From the NCBI GenBank assembly GCA_051362555.1, contig CM120641.1, positions 22,010,001 to 22,074,000 on the forward strand: a DNA stretch of 64,000 bases, in the 5' to 3' direction. The DNA comes from Lingula anatina (Eukaryota > Animalia > Brachiopoda). Made by a program: the position numbers and the translations under genes. The number at the start of each line of letters is the position of its first letter. The stretch's first letter is position 1. Under the pieces are notes generated by a model. That model was not told where the DNA came from and did not search any database. It saw only the letters and a program-made list of their open reading frames with translations. This document shows, in pieces, positions 37,801 through 52,300 of this stretch.

Positions 37801-40800
37801 GTTAAAGTCAACACGTTAGAAATATCCCCTTTGGCGAGTTTGCATTGGTCAAGTACCTGTAGAATAACAGGAAGTGCTGAAATCTGAGCTTGGCTGTGTT
37901 AAGTTCATTGGGAGTCAATTTAAGTTACATTTCTACACAGAAACAGTTTTAGATTTTGTGAGAATATCTGATGGTCTCTTTTCTTTCAGATACTCCGTTG
38001 TCTACTAGCACCTCAATATCGACCACAGCGCCAACCAACCACAGTGTAAATAATGCTGTTTCTACGAAAGGAGCAACCGACAGCATCTTTACAACGGGTG
38101 GTTCAGTTACCTCATCTTCAACTGCAATGGGCTCCACAACGCCTGCTACCACTCCCACAGCGGCCTCTACTGCTGCATCCAACAACAAGACAACAAGAAC
38201 CACCACAATGCCAACAACAACAAGCAGCGTAACGATGTCTTCAGCTCCTTCAACGACCAAAAGTACAACTGCGCCAGCAGCAACCGGTGCGACAAATTTA
38301 CCAACTACAGTCAGCAGCACAACTTCTACACAATCAACAACTCTATCAACAACAACAAGTAGTACAACTGCTGTTCCAACAACAACTACCGATAAAACAG
38401 TTGCTCCGACAACAACAATCAGTACCATAGCTGCTCAAACAACAACGACAACAGCAACGACTAGTACCACAACTGCTCCACCAACAACAACCAGTACAAC
38501 CACAGCTCCAACAACTAGTACAACAGCTACTCCGTCGACAACAACCAGGACAACCACAGTTCCAACAACTAGCACAACAGCTGCTCCAGCGACAACAACA
38601 AGTACAACAATAAGCAGCACAAATGCTCCAACAACAAGAAGCACTACTGTTCCAACAACAACAACAACCAGTACAACTACAGCTCCAACAACCAGTACAA
38701 CGGCTGCTCCAACGACAACAACCAGTAAAACAATAAGCAGCACAACTGTTCCATCAACAACAAAAAGCAGCACAACTGTTCCAACAACAACAAGTAGCAC
38801 AACTGTTCCAACAACAACAACCAGTACAACCACAGCTCCAACAACTAGTACAACAGCTACTCCATCGACAACAACCAGTACAACAATAAGCAGCACAACT
38901 GTTCCTACAACAACAACCAGTACAACCACAGCTCCAACAACTAGTACAACAGCTACTCCATCGACAACAACCAGTACAACAATAAGCAGCACAACTGTTC
39001 CTACAACAACAACCAGTACAACCACAGCTCAAACAACTAGTACAACAGCTACTCCATCGACAACAACCGGTACAACAATAAGCAGTACATCTGTTCCAAC
39101 AACAACAGCCAGTACAACTACAGCTCCAACAACTAGTACAACAGTTACTCCAACGACAACAGCCAGTACAACAATAAGCAGCACAACTGTTCCAACAACA
39201 ACAACCAGTACAACCACAGCTCCAACAACTAGTACAACAGCTACTCCATCGACAACAACCAGTACAACAATAAGCAGCACAACTGTTCCTACAACAAGTA
39301 GCACAACTGTTCCAACAACAACAACAACTAGTGCAACCACAGCTCCAACAACTAGTACAACAGCTGCTCCAACGACAACAACCAGTACAACAATAAGCAG
39401 CACAAATGTTCCTACAACAACAACCAGTACAACCACAGCTCCAACAACTAGTACAACAGCTACTCCAACGACAACAACCAGTACAACAATAAGCAGTACA
39501 TCTGTTCCAACAACAATAACCAGTACAACTTCAGCTCCAACAACTAGTACAACAGCTACTCTGTCGACAACAACCAGGACAACAATAAGCAGCACAACTG
39601 TTCCTACAACAACAACCAGTACAACCACAGCTCCAACAACTAGTACAAAAGTTACTCCAACGACAACAACCAGTACAACAATAAGCAGCACAACTGTTCC
39701 AACAACAAGTAGCACAACTGTTCCAACAACAACAACCAGTGCAACCACAGCTCCAACAACTAGTACAACAGCTACTCCAATGACAACAACCAGTACAACA
39801 ATAAGCAGCACAACTGTTCCTACAACAACAACAACCGGTACAACCACAGCTCCAACAACTAGTACAACAGCTACTCCAACGACAACAACCAGTACAACAA
39901 TAAGCAGCACAACTGTTCCTACAACAACAACCAGTACAACCACAGCTCCAACAACTAGTACAACAGCTACTCCAACGACAACAACCAGTACAACAATAAG
40001 CAGCACAACTGTTCCAACAACAACAACCAGTACAACCACAGCTCCAACAACTAGTACAACAGCTACTCCATCGACAACAACCAGTACAACAATAAGCAGC
40101 ACAACTGTTCCAACAACAAGTAGCATAACTGTTCAAACAACAACAACCAGTGCAACCACAGCTCCAACAACTAGTACAACAGCTGCTCCAACGACAACAA
40201 CCAGTACAACAATAAGCAGCACAACTGTTCCTACAACAACAACCGGTACAACCACAGCTCAAACAACTAGTACAACAGCTACTCCATCGACAACAACCAG
40301 TACAACAATTAGCAGCACAACTGTTCCTACAACAACAACCAGTACAACCACAGCTCCAACAACTAGTACAACAGCTACTCCAACGACAACAACCAGTACA
40401 ACAATAAGCAGCACAACTGTTCCAACAACAACAACCAGTACAACCACAGCTCCAACAACTAGTACAACAGCTACTCCATCGACAACAACCAGTACAACAA
40501 TAAGCAGCACAACTGTTCCTACAACAAGTAGCACAACTGTTCCAACAACAACAACAACCAGTACAGCCACAGCTCCAACAACTAGTACAACAGCTGCTCC
40601 AACGACAACAACCAGTACAACAATAAGCAGCACAACTGTTCCTACAACAACAACCAGTACAACCACAGCTCCAACAACAAGTACAACAGCTACTCCAACG
40701 ACAACAACCAGTACAACAATAAGCAGCACAACTGTTCCTGCAACAACAACCAGTACAACCACAGCTCCAAGAACTAGTACAACAGCTACTCCAACGACTG

Positions 40801-43258
40801 CTTCAAGAAAAACAAGTAGCACTACTGCTCCAACAACAACAACAAGTAGCACAACTGTTGCAACAACAACAAGTAGCACTACTGCTCCAACAACAACAAG
40901 TAGCACAACTATTCCAACAACAACAACAAGTAGCACAACTGCTCCAACAACAAGAAGCACAACTGCTCCAACAACAACAAGTAATACAACTGCTCAAACA
41001 ACAACAAGTAACACTACTGCTTCAACAACAAGTAGCACAGCTGCTTTAACAACAACAAGTAGCACAACTGCTCCAACAACAACAAGTAGCACAACTGCTC
41101 CAACAACAACAAGTAGTACTACTGCCCCGATATCGACAACAACTAGTACAACAATTGCTCCAACAACAACAAGTACAACAGCCACTCCAGCAACAACAAG
41201 AAGCACAACTACTTCTACAACAAGTAGCACAACTGCCTCAACAACAAGTAGCACAACTGCTTCAACAACAAATATTACAACTGTTCCAACAACAAGTAGC
41301 ACTACTGCTTCCACAACAAGCAGCACAGCCGCACCAAAAACAACAAGCAGCACTAATGCTTCAACAACAAGCAGCACAGATGCTACAACAACAACAAGTG
41401 GCACAACTTCTTCTACAACAAGGAGCACAACTCCTCCAACAACAACAAGTAGCACAACTCTTTTAGCAACAAGAACCAATTCAACAACAGAAAATAGGAC
41501 AACTGCTGCCTCAACACCAACAGCCAGTGCAACGGCCTTGCCAATGAGTAGTTCTACTTCCAGCAAGCCTGCTGGCAGTACAAAAACAACCGTTAATAAA
41601 ATTTCGACAACATCGACAACAACCACCACCCCAGTTCCGGATACGTCCTCGAATAGAGCTTCAACCACGTCGGCTACCTCTTCAGTGGATTCAACTTCAA
41701 CAACGTTATTGACAACGCCAAGCACTATTGGACTAACTTCCTCCTCAGCCGTGCCACAATCTACAACAACCACAGCAACAGTTGTTACAACAACCATCGC
41801 CATCCCAGGATCTCAGATTTTTCATGGAAGAATGACCCTTGATGCAGTATTCATTTCTGCCTACAATGATACGTCATCGCAAGAATATCTTACATTCAAA
41901 AATACAACGGAAAAACAAGTAAGAACCACATCGATACGTTGCTCCAACGAAAGTTTAAAACAATGTATTCTGCAATGCCGACAAAACTGAAAAACATATA
42001 TTTTAATTTCTTATATTGACCCATCTTAAATGAATATCAAAGTCCAAAATTCATCTTAGTCTGCTGTAAGGCCACATTCAGAACAGCGAACTAACTAATC
42101 CGCGGGTCAAATATGGCGACCCACTTTAAGGCTTGACGTCAAATTCCCTAATAGACGCTGTATACATCTCCTGCGGGGATTAAGAAACAAGCATTCAAGT
42201 GGGTGAGCCATATTTGATCCGCGGACTGGTTAGTCCGCTGTTCTGAATGCAGCCTTAGAGATTCAATAACTCCAGTATTTAACAATAAAGTAATTTGAAC
42301 TATTTTGCACTAAATTTTTCTTACAATTTCCAGCTGAAGGATATATACCAACCCCTATCTCCCCAGTCTGTCACGATCACCAGGTTAAGGTAAATGCTAA
42401 TCGCATGATTTATCTACCATTGGAAAATTCGGGTTAAATGTAGTTTAATCTCATAAAGGCTCCAGCTCCACGTATATTCATGCATAGCAGATGTTTACTA
42501 ACAGCAAGTCATTAACATGTTCAGCTCATCAGCAATCTATCAAATAAGAAAACTAATGTTGATACTACACATCAACATCAAATCAACGTGATATATATGA
42601 TTTCAGCCCAGGTAGTATCAAGGTTGAATACGAGATGACACTGAGTCCATCAACAATCCAGCGCACTGCAGAGCAGGTTCAGCAAGTGTTTGAACAGGGC
42701 ACAAAGGCCGGAATCATGGGGAGCTATGCAATTGTTGGAGGCTCCATCAATGTGACTGGTGAGTTATAAGTTTGGCACAGTTTTTAAGTCCTCTTGACTA
42801 CAAAGATAAGCTTATATGACAATCAAAATATATGCTTTCCGCCCAGACTCATTCTGAATATATAGGTCCATTTAACATAAAAAAATTATTCGAAGTAAGC
42901 GAGATGAAGATTTGTTTTTTTTTTCAACTGGAACTTTACTGACATAAGTATAGCACCTTAAATCACTAAAAAATAATTACTAGATTTATCTGTTCTCACA
43001 TAAAAAACGTAAACGGACTAATTATCAACTTTCGTTACTATCGTTCTCAGTATCATCTCAAATTCTCCAATCGATCTTGTTTATTTTCACTAAAGTAGAA
43101 AATCTGCAACTTGTCAGCAGGAGTCTAACGTCTCAGAAAATGTCTACAATGTTAATTTAAGATAACAAATAGCCAAATAGCCTGCAGTTATTTTAGCGGT
43201 GTGGCCGGGTTTTTAAAAAATTGAAAAAACTTTTCGTTGCGTCTTTTTATATGGTTGT

Positions 43259-43307
<49 letters not shown>

Positions 43308-46300
43308 AGATTAAAAGACTGCAGCGTGTTCAGAACATCTTAGCTAGAATATTAACCCGTACATCCATGAGTAATCATATCACCCCAGTTTTAAAAGAGT
43401 TACATTGCGTACCTTTGCAAGCCATGGTTTTATTTAAATTTCTAGTCTTTGTTCATGATGCTTTTAACAAAGTTGCACCGATCTACTTAAGTGAATTAGT
43501 CACTCACTATGTTTCAGCAAGAAACCTGCGGTCTGTAGACAAATTGTTACTTAAGCCGGTAAAAATGCGCCTTAATACTTTTGGTGACATTTCTTTTAAA
43601 TCAGCAGGTCCAAAGGAATGGAATTTATTACCACTGGTAATCCGATCAATTGAGTCTACCAAGCATTTTAAAAGAACTGAAGACATACCTATTCAGGAAT
43701 TTTTTTACTAATCGACTTTTAAATTGATTTTACAAATTTTATAGTAATTGCATCTGTGCACTGTAAGAAATAAGACTGTTCTACTTATAATTTTTTTCTG
43801 TGTGCAAATACGGCTGTTTTTTTACCTAGAATTTTTTCTTAACAAACATATTTTAATTATGTAATGTAAGTGCTTTTATGTGAGAATCCGTATGTTTTAT
43901 CTGGAATACTCAATTTTTTTGTCGTTAAGCTCTGAAATTTTTTATTCATCTATTCCTAATAATTGATTTCTTCTGGACATGTTATAATGGATTTTAGACT
44001 CAAAACAAATTTATTATTATTATTATTATTATTTTAGCTCAGATCGTCAAGTTTAGTCGCTTGGGTTTTTCATATAATTATTTAAAAAACTTTCGTTACC
44101 AAAACATTGTTTGCTGAATACGAAAACTCCCCGCACTAGCAAGGCATGATCATGAATTAAAAAAAAATTCCATGATTTTCGCAGAAAAATAGATTTACCA
44201 CTCCCAGTCACAAGAGTTAGAAAAAAGTAGAATCCCCAAATGTATCTTTAACCCAATTTTTCACTTTTCTGTTTTTATCTTCAAATGGACCTACTACATA
44301 TTGTGGATGATTGTCAGCAATTTTTTTATCAAACTATTCCAGAAGCCACAGCTACATCTACAACTGCGACAACAGTGCCTACATCATCTACGGTTTCTTC
44401 CACTAAAGGGTCTTCACCAAGTACAGCATCTTCAACATTGTCTACGGTATCAACTACTGTAACCTCTACACCAATAACATCATCTAAAACATTGTCTACG
44501 GTGTCAACTACTGTAACTTCTACACCAATAACATCATCTACCATATTGTCTACGGTGTCAACTACTGGGTCTCCTACGCCAAGTACAGCTTTTACAACAC
44601 CGTCTACTTTGTCTTCTACTGCATCTCCTACACCAAGCACAGCATCTACAACATCGTCTACTGTGACAACTACTGGATCCTCTACACCAAGCACAGCATC
44701 TACAACATCGTCTACTATGACAACTACTGGATCCTCTACACCAAGCACAGCGTCTACTACGTCGTCTACTATGACAACTACTGGATCCTCTACACCAAGC
44801 ACAGCGTCTACTACGTCGTCTACTATGACAACTACTGGATCCTCTACACCAAGCACAGCGTTTACAACATCGTCTGCTGTGACAACTACTGGATCCTCTA
44901 CACCAAGCACAGCATCTACAGCATCGTCTACGATGACAACTACTGGATCCTCTACATCAAGCACAGCGTCTACAACATCGTCTACTATGACAACAAATGG
45001 ATCTTCTACACCAAGCACAGCATCTACAACATCCTCTACGATGACAACTACTGGATCCTCTACACCAAGCACAGCGTCTACAACATCGTCTACTTTGACA
45101 ACTACTGGATCCTCTACACCAAGCACAGCGTCTACTACGTCGTCTACTATGACAACTACTGGATCCTCTACACCAAGCACAGCGTCTACAACATCGTCTA
45201 CTGTGACAACTAATGGATCTTCTACACCAAGAACGGCATCTACATTATCATCTTTTGTGTCAAGAACAACGATGCCATCAACCGAAGCTCAGAATGCAAC
45301 AACAACCATGACTATGCCATCAACTGTAGTGCAGAATGCAACATCAACCACGACTATGCCATCGACTGTAGCAGAGAATGTCACAATGTCAACATCATCG
45401 ACACCATTGTCTACTACTGGATCATCTACACCAAGTTCAGCATCTACAACATCGTCTTTTGTGTCAAGAACAACGATGCCATCAACCGAAGCTCAGAATG
45501 CAACAACAACCACGACTATGCCATCAACTGTAGCACAGAATGCAACATCAACCACGACTATGACATCAACTGTAGCACAGAATGTCACAATGTCAACATC
45601 ATCGACACCTTTGTCTACTACTGGATCATCTTCACCATCATCTGCTACTGGATCTACGTCGACAACTGTGTCCACTGTGTCTATGACTGCGGCTTCTAAA
45701 CCAAGTACAACATCGACAACAGTATCTGCTGTGTCTACTACTGGAGAGTCTACATCAACTTTTTCAACCACTGGGGGATCAACACCAAGTACTGCATCTA
45801 CCACTTTGTCTGCTGTATCTACTACTGGAGCTTCTACAGCAAGCACAGCGTCTACAACTTTATCTATTGTGTCTACTACATCTACTAGAGCAACGACATC
45901 GACTGAAGCTAAGAACGCAACATCATCTCCAACTATGGCATCAACTGTAGCCCAAAACACAACAGCTTCGACTACATCTTCCACTGCGGCTACCACTGCG
46001 GGTACCACTCCAAGTGCAGCAACTTCGAGTTCTACAGTGTCAACAACTGTGACTACACAGGCACCAACTACAACCACACTTGGACCACCTCAGACATTTA
46101 GAGGGAAGATTAAAGTCGACCTAGTTTTCTATCCTGTCTACTTAAATAATCTCACAGAGGCTTACGCCGGTCTTGTGTACAGTATGAGGGTACATGTAAG
46201 TATCTGGGCATTTTCTTTTCATGGAGAAAGTAATGACTGTCACTGAAAATCGAACTTTTTAATATCAGGAAGATGATAATTTATAGTGTTGATGTTTTAT

Positions 46301-49300
46301 TGTCTAACAGATGTCGACAAACATTTTAATGTTTTTGTTTGCCTCATATTGTATTCTTTCAGCTTTTGGAGATCTACAAACCTTTAAACCCAACAGATGT
46401 TCATATCATAAATTTAAGGTAAGATAAGTTGATATGAGTTTATATTTCAATGTTTTTCTAAATGAAAGCATTAAGGCTCACCAGCATTGGATAGTTACTT
46501 GAGAAATATTATCCTTGCTTATATTAAATTACCTTTTAGCTGTGATGGTGAAACTGTTTTTCTTTCAAAAATAACATGAATGAATTATATTCATATGTAT
46601 TCCAGCAATGGTAGTATTATCGTTGAGTATGACGTAACTTTCGCCCCTACTTCAACACCCATCACCCCACAGCAGGTGCGACAGGTGTTTGACCAAAGGA
46701 CATCAGACGGCTTTATAGGAACACATCGATTCGAAAGGGAATCTGTTGTAATATTCGGTAATTATAATCTTTATCTTATTTAATCTTAGATATATAAGCT
46801 AATTAAGGATTCAATATAATTTTATTTACTAAATTAGCTTGTATTTTACCGAGTGAAACATGTTTTATTTCAGAAACAACACCAGGTACCGTATCTTCTA
46901 CAACAACACGTGTTATGACTACAACTGCAACGACAAATACAACGCCCACTCCAACCACTGTAACGACTTCATTGCCAGCCACCACAGTGGCGTTAACTGC
47001 AGCCCAAAACACCACAGCGTCTGCAAGTACGCCATCAACTGTGGCGCAGAACACAATGTTAACTACTACCATGCCATCAACTGTAGCTCAGAATGCAACA
47101 TTAACTACAAAAATACCATCAACTGTAGGTCACACTGCAACATCAAACACAACTATGGCGTCAATTCTAGCTCAGAATTTAACATCCACCACGACTTTGG
47201 CATCAACTGTAGCTCAGAATGCAACAGTCACGACTAATGCAATGACTAAAGCTCAGAATGTGACGTCAACCACGACTATGCCATCAACTTTAGTTCAGAA
47301 TGTAACATCAGCCACGACTTTGCCATCAACTGTAGCTCAGAATGCAACATCAGACACGACTTTGCCATCAACTGTAGCTCAGAATGCAACATCAACCACG
47401 ATTGTGGCATCAACTGTTTCTCAGAATGCAACAACCACAGCTATGCCATCAACCATTGCTCATAATATAACATCTACCACGACTATTCCGTCAAGTGTAA
47501 CTCAAAATGCAAAACTAACTACGATTATGGCATCAACTGTAGCTCAGAATGCAACATCGACCACTATTATGGCATCAACTGTTTCTCAGAATGCAACAAC
47601 CACAGCTATGCCATCAACATTTGCTCATAATACAACATCAGCCACGACTTTGCCATCAACTGTAGCTCAAAATGCAACATCAACAACAACTGTTGCATCA
47701 ACTGTAGCTCAAAATGCAACATCAACAACAACTGTTGCATCAACTGTAGCTCAAAATGCAACATCAACCACTTTTATGGCATCAACTGTTTCTCAGAATG
47801 CATCAACCACGACTATGGCATCAACTGTTTCTCAGAATGCATCAACCACGACTATGGCATCAACTGTAGCTCACAATGTAACATCACCCACGGCTATGGC
47901 ATCAACTGTAGCTCAGAATGCAACATCAACCACGACTACGGCATCAACTGTAGCTCAAAATGCAACATCTGTTTCTCAGAATGCATCAACCACGACTATG
48001 GCATCAACTGTTTCTCAGAATGCATCAACCACGACTATGGCATCAACTGTAGCTCACAATGTAACATCACCCACGGCTATGGCATCAACTGTAGCTCAGA
48101 ATGCAACATCAACCACGACTACGGCATCAACTGTAGCTCAAAATGCAACATCAGCCACGACTTTGGCATCAACTGAAGCTCAGAATGAAACATCAACCAT
48201 GACAATGCCATCAACTGTAGCTCAGAATGAAACATCAACCACGACTATGGCATCAACTGTAGCTAGAAATGAAACATCAACCACGACTTTGCCATCAACT
48301 GTAGCTCAGAATGCAACATCAACCACAACTGTTGCATCAACTGTAGCTCAAAATGCAACATCAACCACTTTTATGGCATCAACTGTTTCTCGGAATGCAT
48401 CACCCACGACTGTGGCATCAACTGTTTCTCAGAATGCATCAACCACGACTATGGCATCAACTGTAGCTCATAATACAACATCAACCACGACTATGCCATC
48501 AACTGTAGCTCATAATGCAACATCAACCACGACTACGGCATCAACTGTAGCTCAAAATGCGACATCAGCCACGACTTTGGCATCAACTGAAGCTCAGAAT
48601 GAAACATCATCCACGACAATGCCATCAACTGTAGCTCAGAATGCAACATCAACAACAACTGTTGCATCAACTGTAGCTCAGAATGCAACATCAACCACGA
48701 CTATGGCATCAACTGTAGCTCAAAATGCAACATCAGCCACGACTGTGTTGTCAACTGTAGCTCAAAATGCAACAACAACCACGACTATGGCATCAACTGT
48801 TTCTCAGAATGCATCAACCACGACTGTGGCATCAACAGTTTCTCGGAATGCATCAGCCACGACTATGGCATCAACTGTAGCTCAGAATGCAACAACAACC
48901 ACGACTATGGCATCAACTGTAGCGCAGAATGAAACATCAACCACGACAATGGCATCAACTGTTTTTGAGAATGCAACATCAACCACGACTGTGTCGTCAA
49001 CTGTAGCTCAAAATGCAACAACAACCACGATTAGGGCATCAACTGAAGCTCAGAATGAAACATCAACCACGACTTTGGCATCAACTGTAGCTCAGAATGC
49101 AACATCAACCACGACTTTGGCATCAACCATTGCTCAAAATGCAACATCAACAACGACTTTATCATCAACCGTATCTCAGAATGTAACATCCAGCGCAACT
49201 GTGCAATCAACTGCAGCGCACAATGTAACATCAACCACGAATTTGCCATCAACTGTAGCTCAGAATTCAACAACCACAGCTATGCCATCAACATCAACCA

Positions 49301-52300
49301 CGACTGTGCCATCAACTGTTGCTCAGAATGCAACATCGACCACGATTCTGGCATCAACTGTTTCTCAGAATGCAACAACCACAACTTTGCCATCAACCGT
49401 TGCTAATAATTCAACATCAACTATGACTATTCCATCAACTGTAGCTCAAAATGCAACATCCGCCACAACTATGCTATCAACTGTGACCCAAAATGAAACA
49501 TCAGCCACGACTAAAGCGTCAACTGTAGCTCAGAATGTAACATCAGCCACGACTATGCCATCAACTATAGTTCAGAATGTAACATCAGCCACGACTATAG
49601 CTTCAACTGTAGCTCAGAATGTAACATCAGCCACGACTGTAGCATCAACTGTAGCTCAAAATGCAACATCAACCATGACTATGGCATCAACTGTATTTCA
49701 GAATGTAACAACAACCACGGCTATTCCACCAACTGAAGCTCAGAATGCAACTACCGCGACTATGCCATCAACTGTTGCTCAGAATGCAACAATCACAATG
49801 AAGACATCAACTCTTGCTCCAAATGCAACATCAACTACGGCAATGCCATCAACTGGAGCTGATAATACAACATCAAGCACGACTATGTCATCAACTGTTG
49901 CTCAAAATGTAACATCAGGCACGACTGTGGGATCAACTGCTGCTGAAAATGCAACATCCACTGCTACTGTGCCATCAACTGCAGCTCAGAATGCAACAAC
50001 AACAACCACTTTGTCAACAACTGTCGCTCAAAATGTGACATCAACTACAACTATGATATTTACTATTCCTCACAATGAAACTTCAACCACAGCATTGACT
50101 TCGACTTTATCTCATAATGCAACATCAACCACGGCAATGACATCAACCGAAGCTCAGGACACAACATCAACAACGATTATGCCATCAACTGTAGCCCAGA
50201 ATGTAACATCAACCACGACTTTACCATCAACTGTGGATCAAAATGTAACATCAACCACTGTAATGCCATCAACTGAAGCTCAGAACACTACATCAACAAC
50301 TACTATGCCATCAACTGTAGCCCAGAATGTAACATCAACTACGACTTTGGGATCAACTGTGGCTCAGAATGTAACATCCGCAACGACTGTGCCTTCAACT
50401 GTAGCCCAGAATGTAACATCAACCACGACTGTGCCATCAACCGTAGCTCAAAATACAACAACAACCACAACTGTGCCATCAACTGTGGCCCAAAATGCAA
50501 CATCAGCCACTACTATGGCATCAACTGTTGAACAGAATGCAACATCAACTACAACCATGCCATCAACGGTGGCAGAGAATGCAACAGTGTCTACAGGATC
50601 GACACCGTCTAGTACTGGATCTCTTACAGTTAGCACAGCTCCCACCACAGTGTCTACTATTTCCACTACTATAACTTCTACATCGAGCACAGCATCTACA
50701 ACATCGCCTACTGTGTCTACTACCATAACTTCTACATCGACTACAGCACCCAAAACAACATCAACAGTGTCCACAACAGTGACAACTTCATTACCAACTA
50801 CTTCCTCGACTCCTTCAATTTCGATAACGACAGCTGCAGGTTCGACAAAAGTAGACCAAACCTCGACTACAGAAAGTCCAGTGTCCACAACAGTGACAAC
50901 TCCATTACCAACTACTTCCTCGACTCCTTCCATTTCCTTAACGACAGCTGCAGGTTCTACAATAGTAGACCAAACTACAGAAAGTCAAGTGACCACAACA
51001 ATGACAGTGTCAGCGAATACAACTGCCGGTTTAGTTGAAACTACTACTGAAGAGAGACTGTATGCTGTTGTTCGGATTACCCTGCGCCTCACTAATATTT
51101 TTTACACTCCAAGCCTTGCAGATTCCAAGTCAAGTGAATACCTGTTGCTGCGTTCCCGCTTTGTCAGTGCGGTAAGTGAACTTAATACGTGGACCAGTCA
51201 ACGGCATAGTTAGTGAAGAATGATACAGGGATTTTGTATTTTGTGATGTGTGTCGTTAACTGAAAAGGCCACTTGAGGCTTTGTGATTTAAAAGAATAAT
51301 TCATTGAAATTAAGCTTCTTGAAAAACTATACTTGTCTTTAAAATTACAAATCATGTTGGACTTGTTTTCGATAGACCTATTTTCATTGAGACCCAATTT
51401 ATATAGTTGTTTTATAATAATTGTTTTTAACCATTATATACTGTGTTAAATTATGCTAAATGTATTTTGCAGATGGAAACATTCCTTCTCTCCACTGTGT
51501 TCGGCGGTTCTTATGAGCGGATTGCTTCTGTCACTTTCAGGTAGGGTTGTAGACAAATAAATATTTCCCTGCTATGCCTTTGAAGAGAATATTATAAAAA
51601 GTTACGTAAAAGAATGTGTAGTTAAAGTATTATTTACCATACTTAATATGTCTTTGAAGAGAATATTATAAAAAGTTACGTAAAAGAATGTGTAGTTAAA
51701 GTATTATTTACCATACTTAATATGAACACCACTGTGATGGCGGGCAGGGTACGGTTTGTTATTTTCTACATACTGCAACCATGTAAAGTGTAAAAATTGG
51801 AAGTAACTCTTTTTGACATATTCGGCCAAAATACATGCTTTATATTTTCAGTAATGGTAGCGTAGTGACGACATTTGACATATTCGGCCAAAATACATGC
51901 TTTATCTTTTCAGTAATGGTAGCGTAGTGACGACATTTGACGTGTATTTCTCCACGCCCGTCAGTGTGGCGGCTGTCCGGCTCTTATTCCTGAATCAAAC
52001 GACAGGAGGAAACTCGTTTGGAATCTTTGAATTCGATCAAGCTGCGTCAGTAGTTGAAGGTAGGAAGTTTTTTGTGTATCCAGCCACCTTAACCTGTCAG
52101 TGATTTTAGATGGATTTATGAGTATCAGAAATCAGTATCTGTAAAGGAGCTGTACTACAGGCTTACTAGTACTTATTTACATTTAATATATAAAGCATAT
52201 ATGGGTATCAGAAATTAGTATCTGTAAAGGACCTGTACTACAGGCTTACTAGTACTTATTCACATTTAATATTTAGAAGACTAATCACATTAATTAGACT

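Noticed and set aside
40858-41466. Poly-Gln ORFs on the + strand
   Set aside because: They are alternative frames of (ACA)n Thr codons inside mucin exon 2.
37949-41803. Long minus-strand Val-rich and Cys-rich ORFs (keratin-associated or metallothionein-like CCTGCCRWSSCC)
   Set aside because: They are antisense shadows of the ACA/ACT-rich Thr/Ser mucin repeats and have no independent splice or signal structure.
44329-50933. Minus-strand Val/Asp-rich repeat ORFs
   Set aside because: They are antisense to mucin exons 5 and 8.
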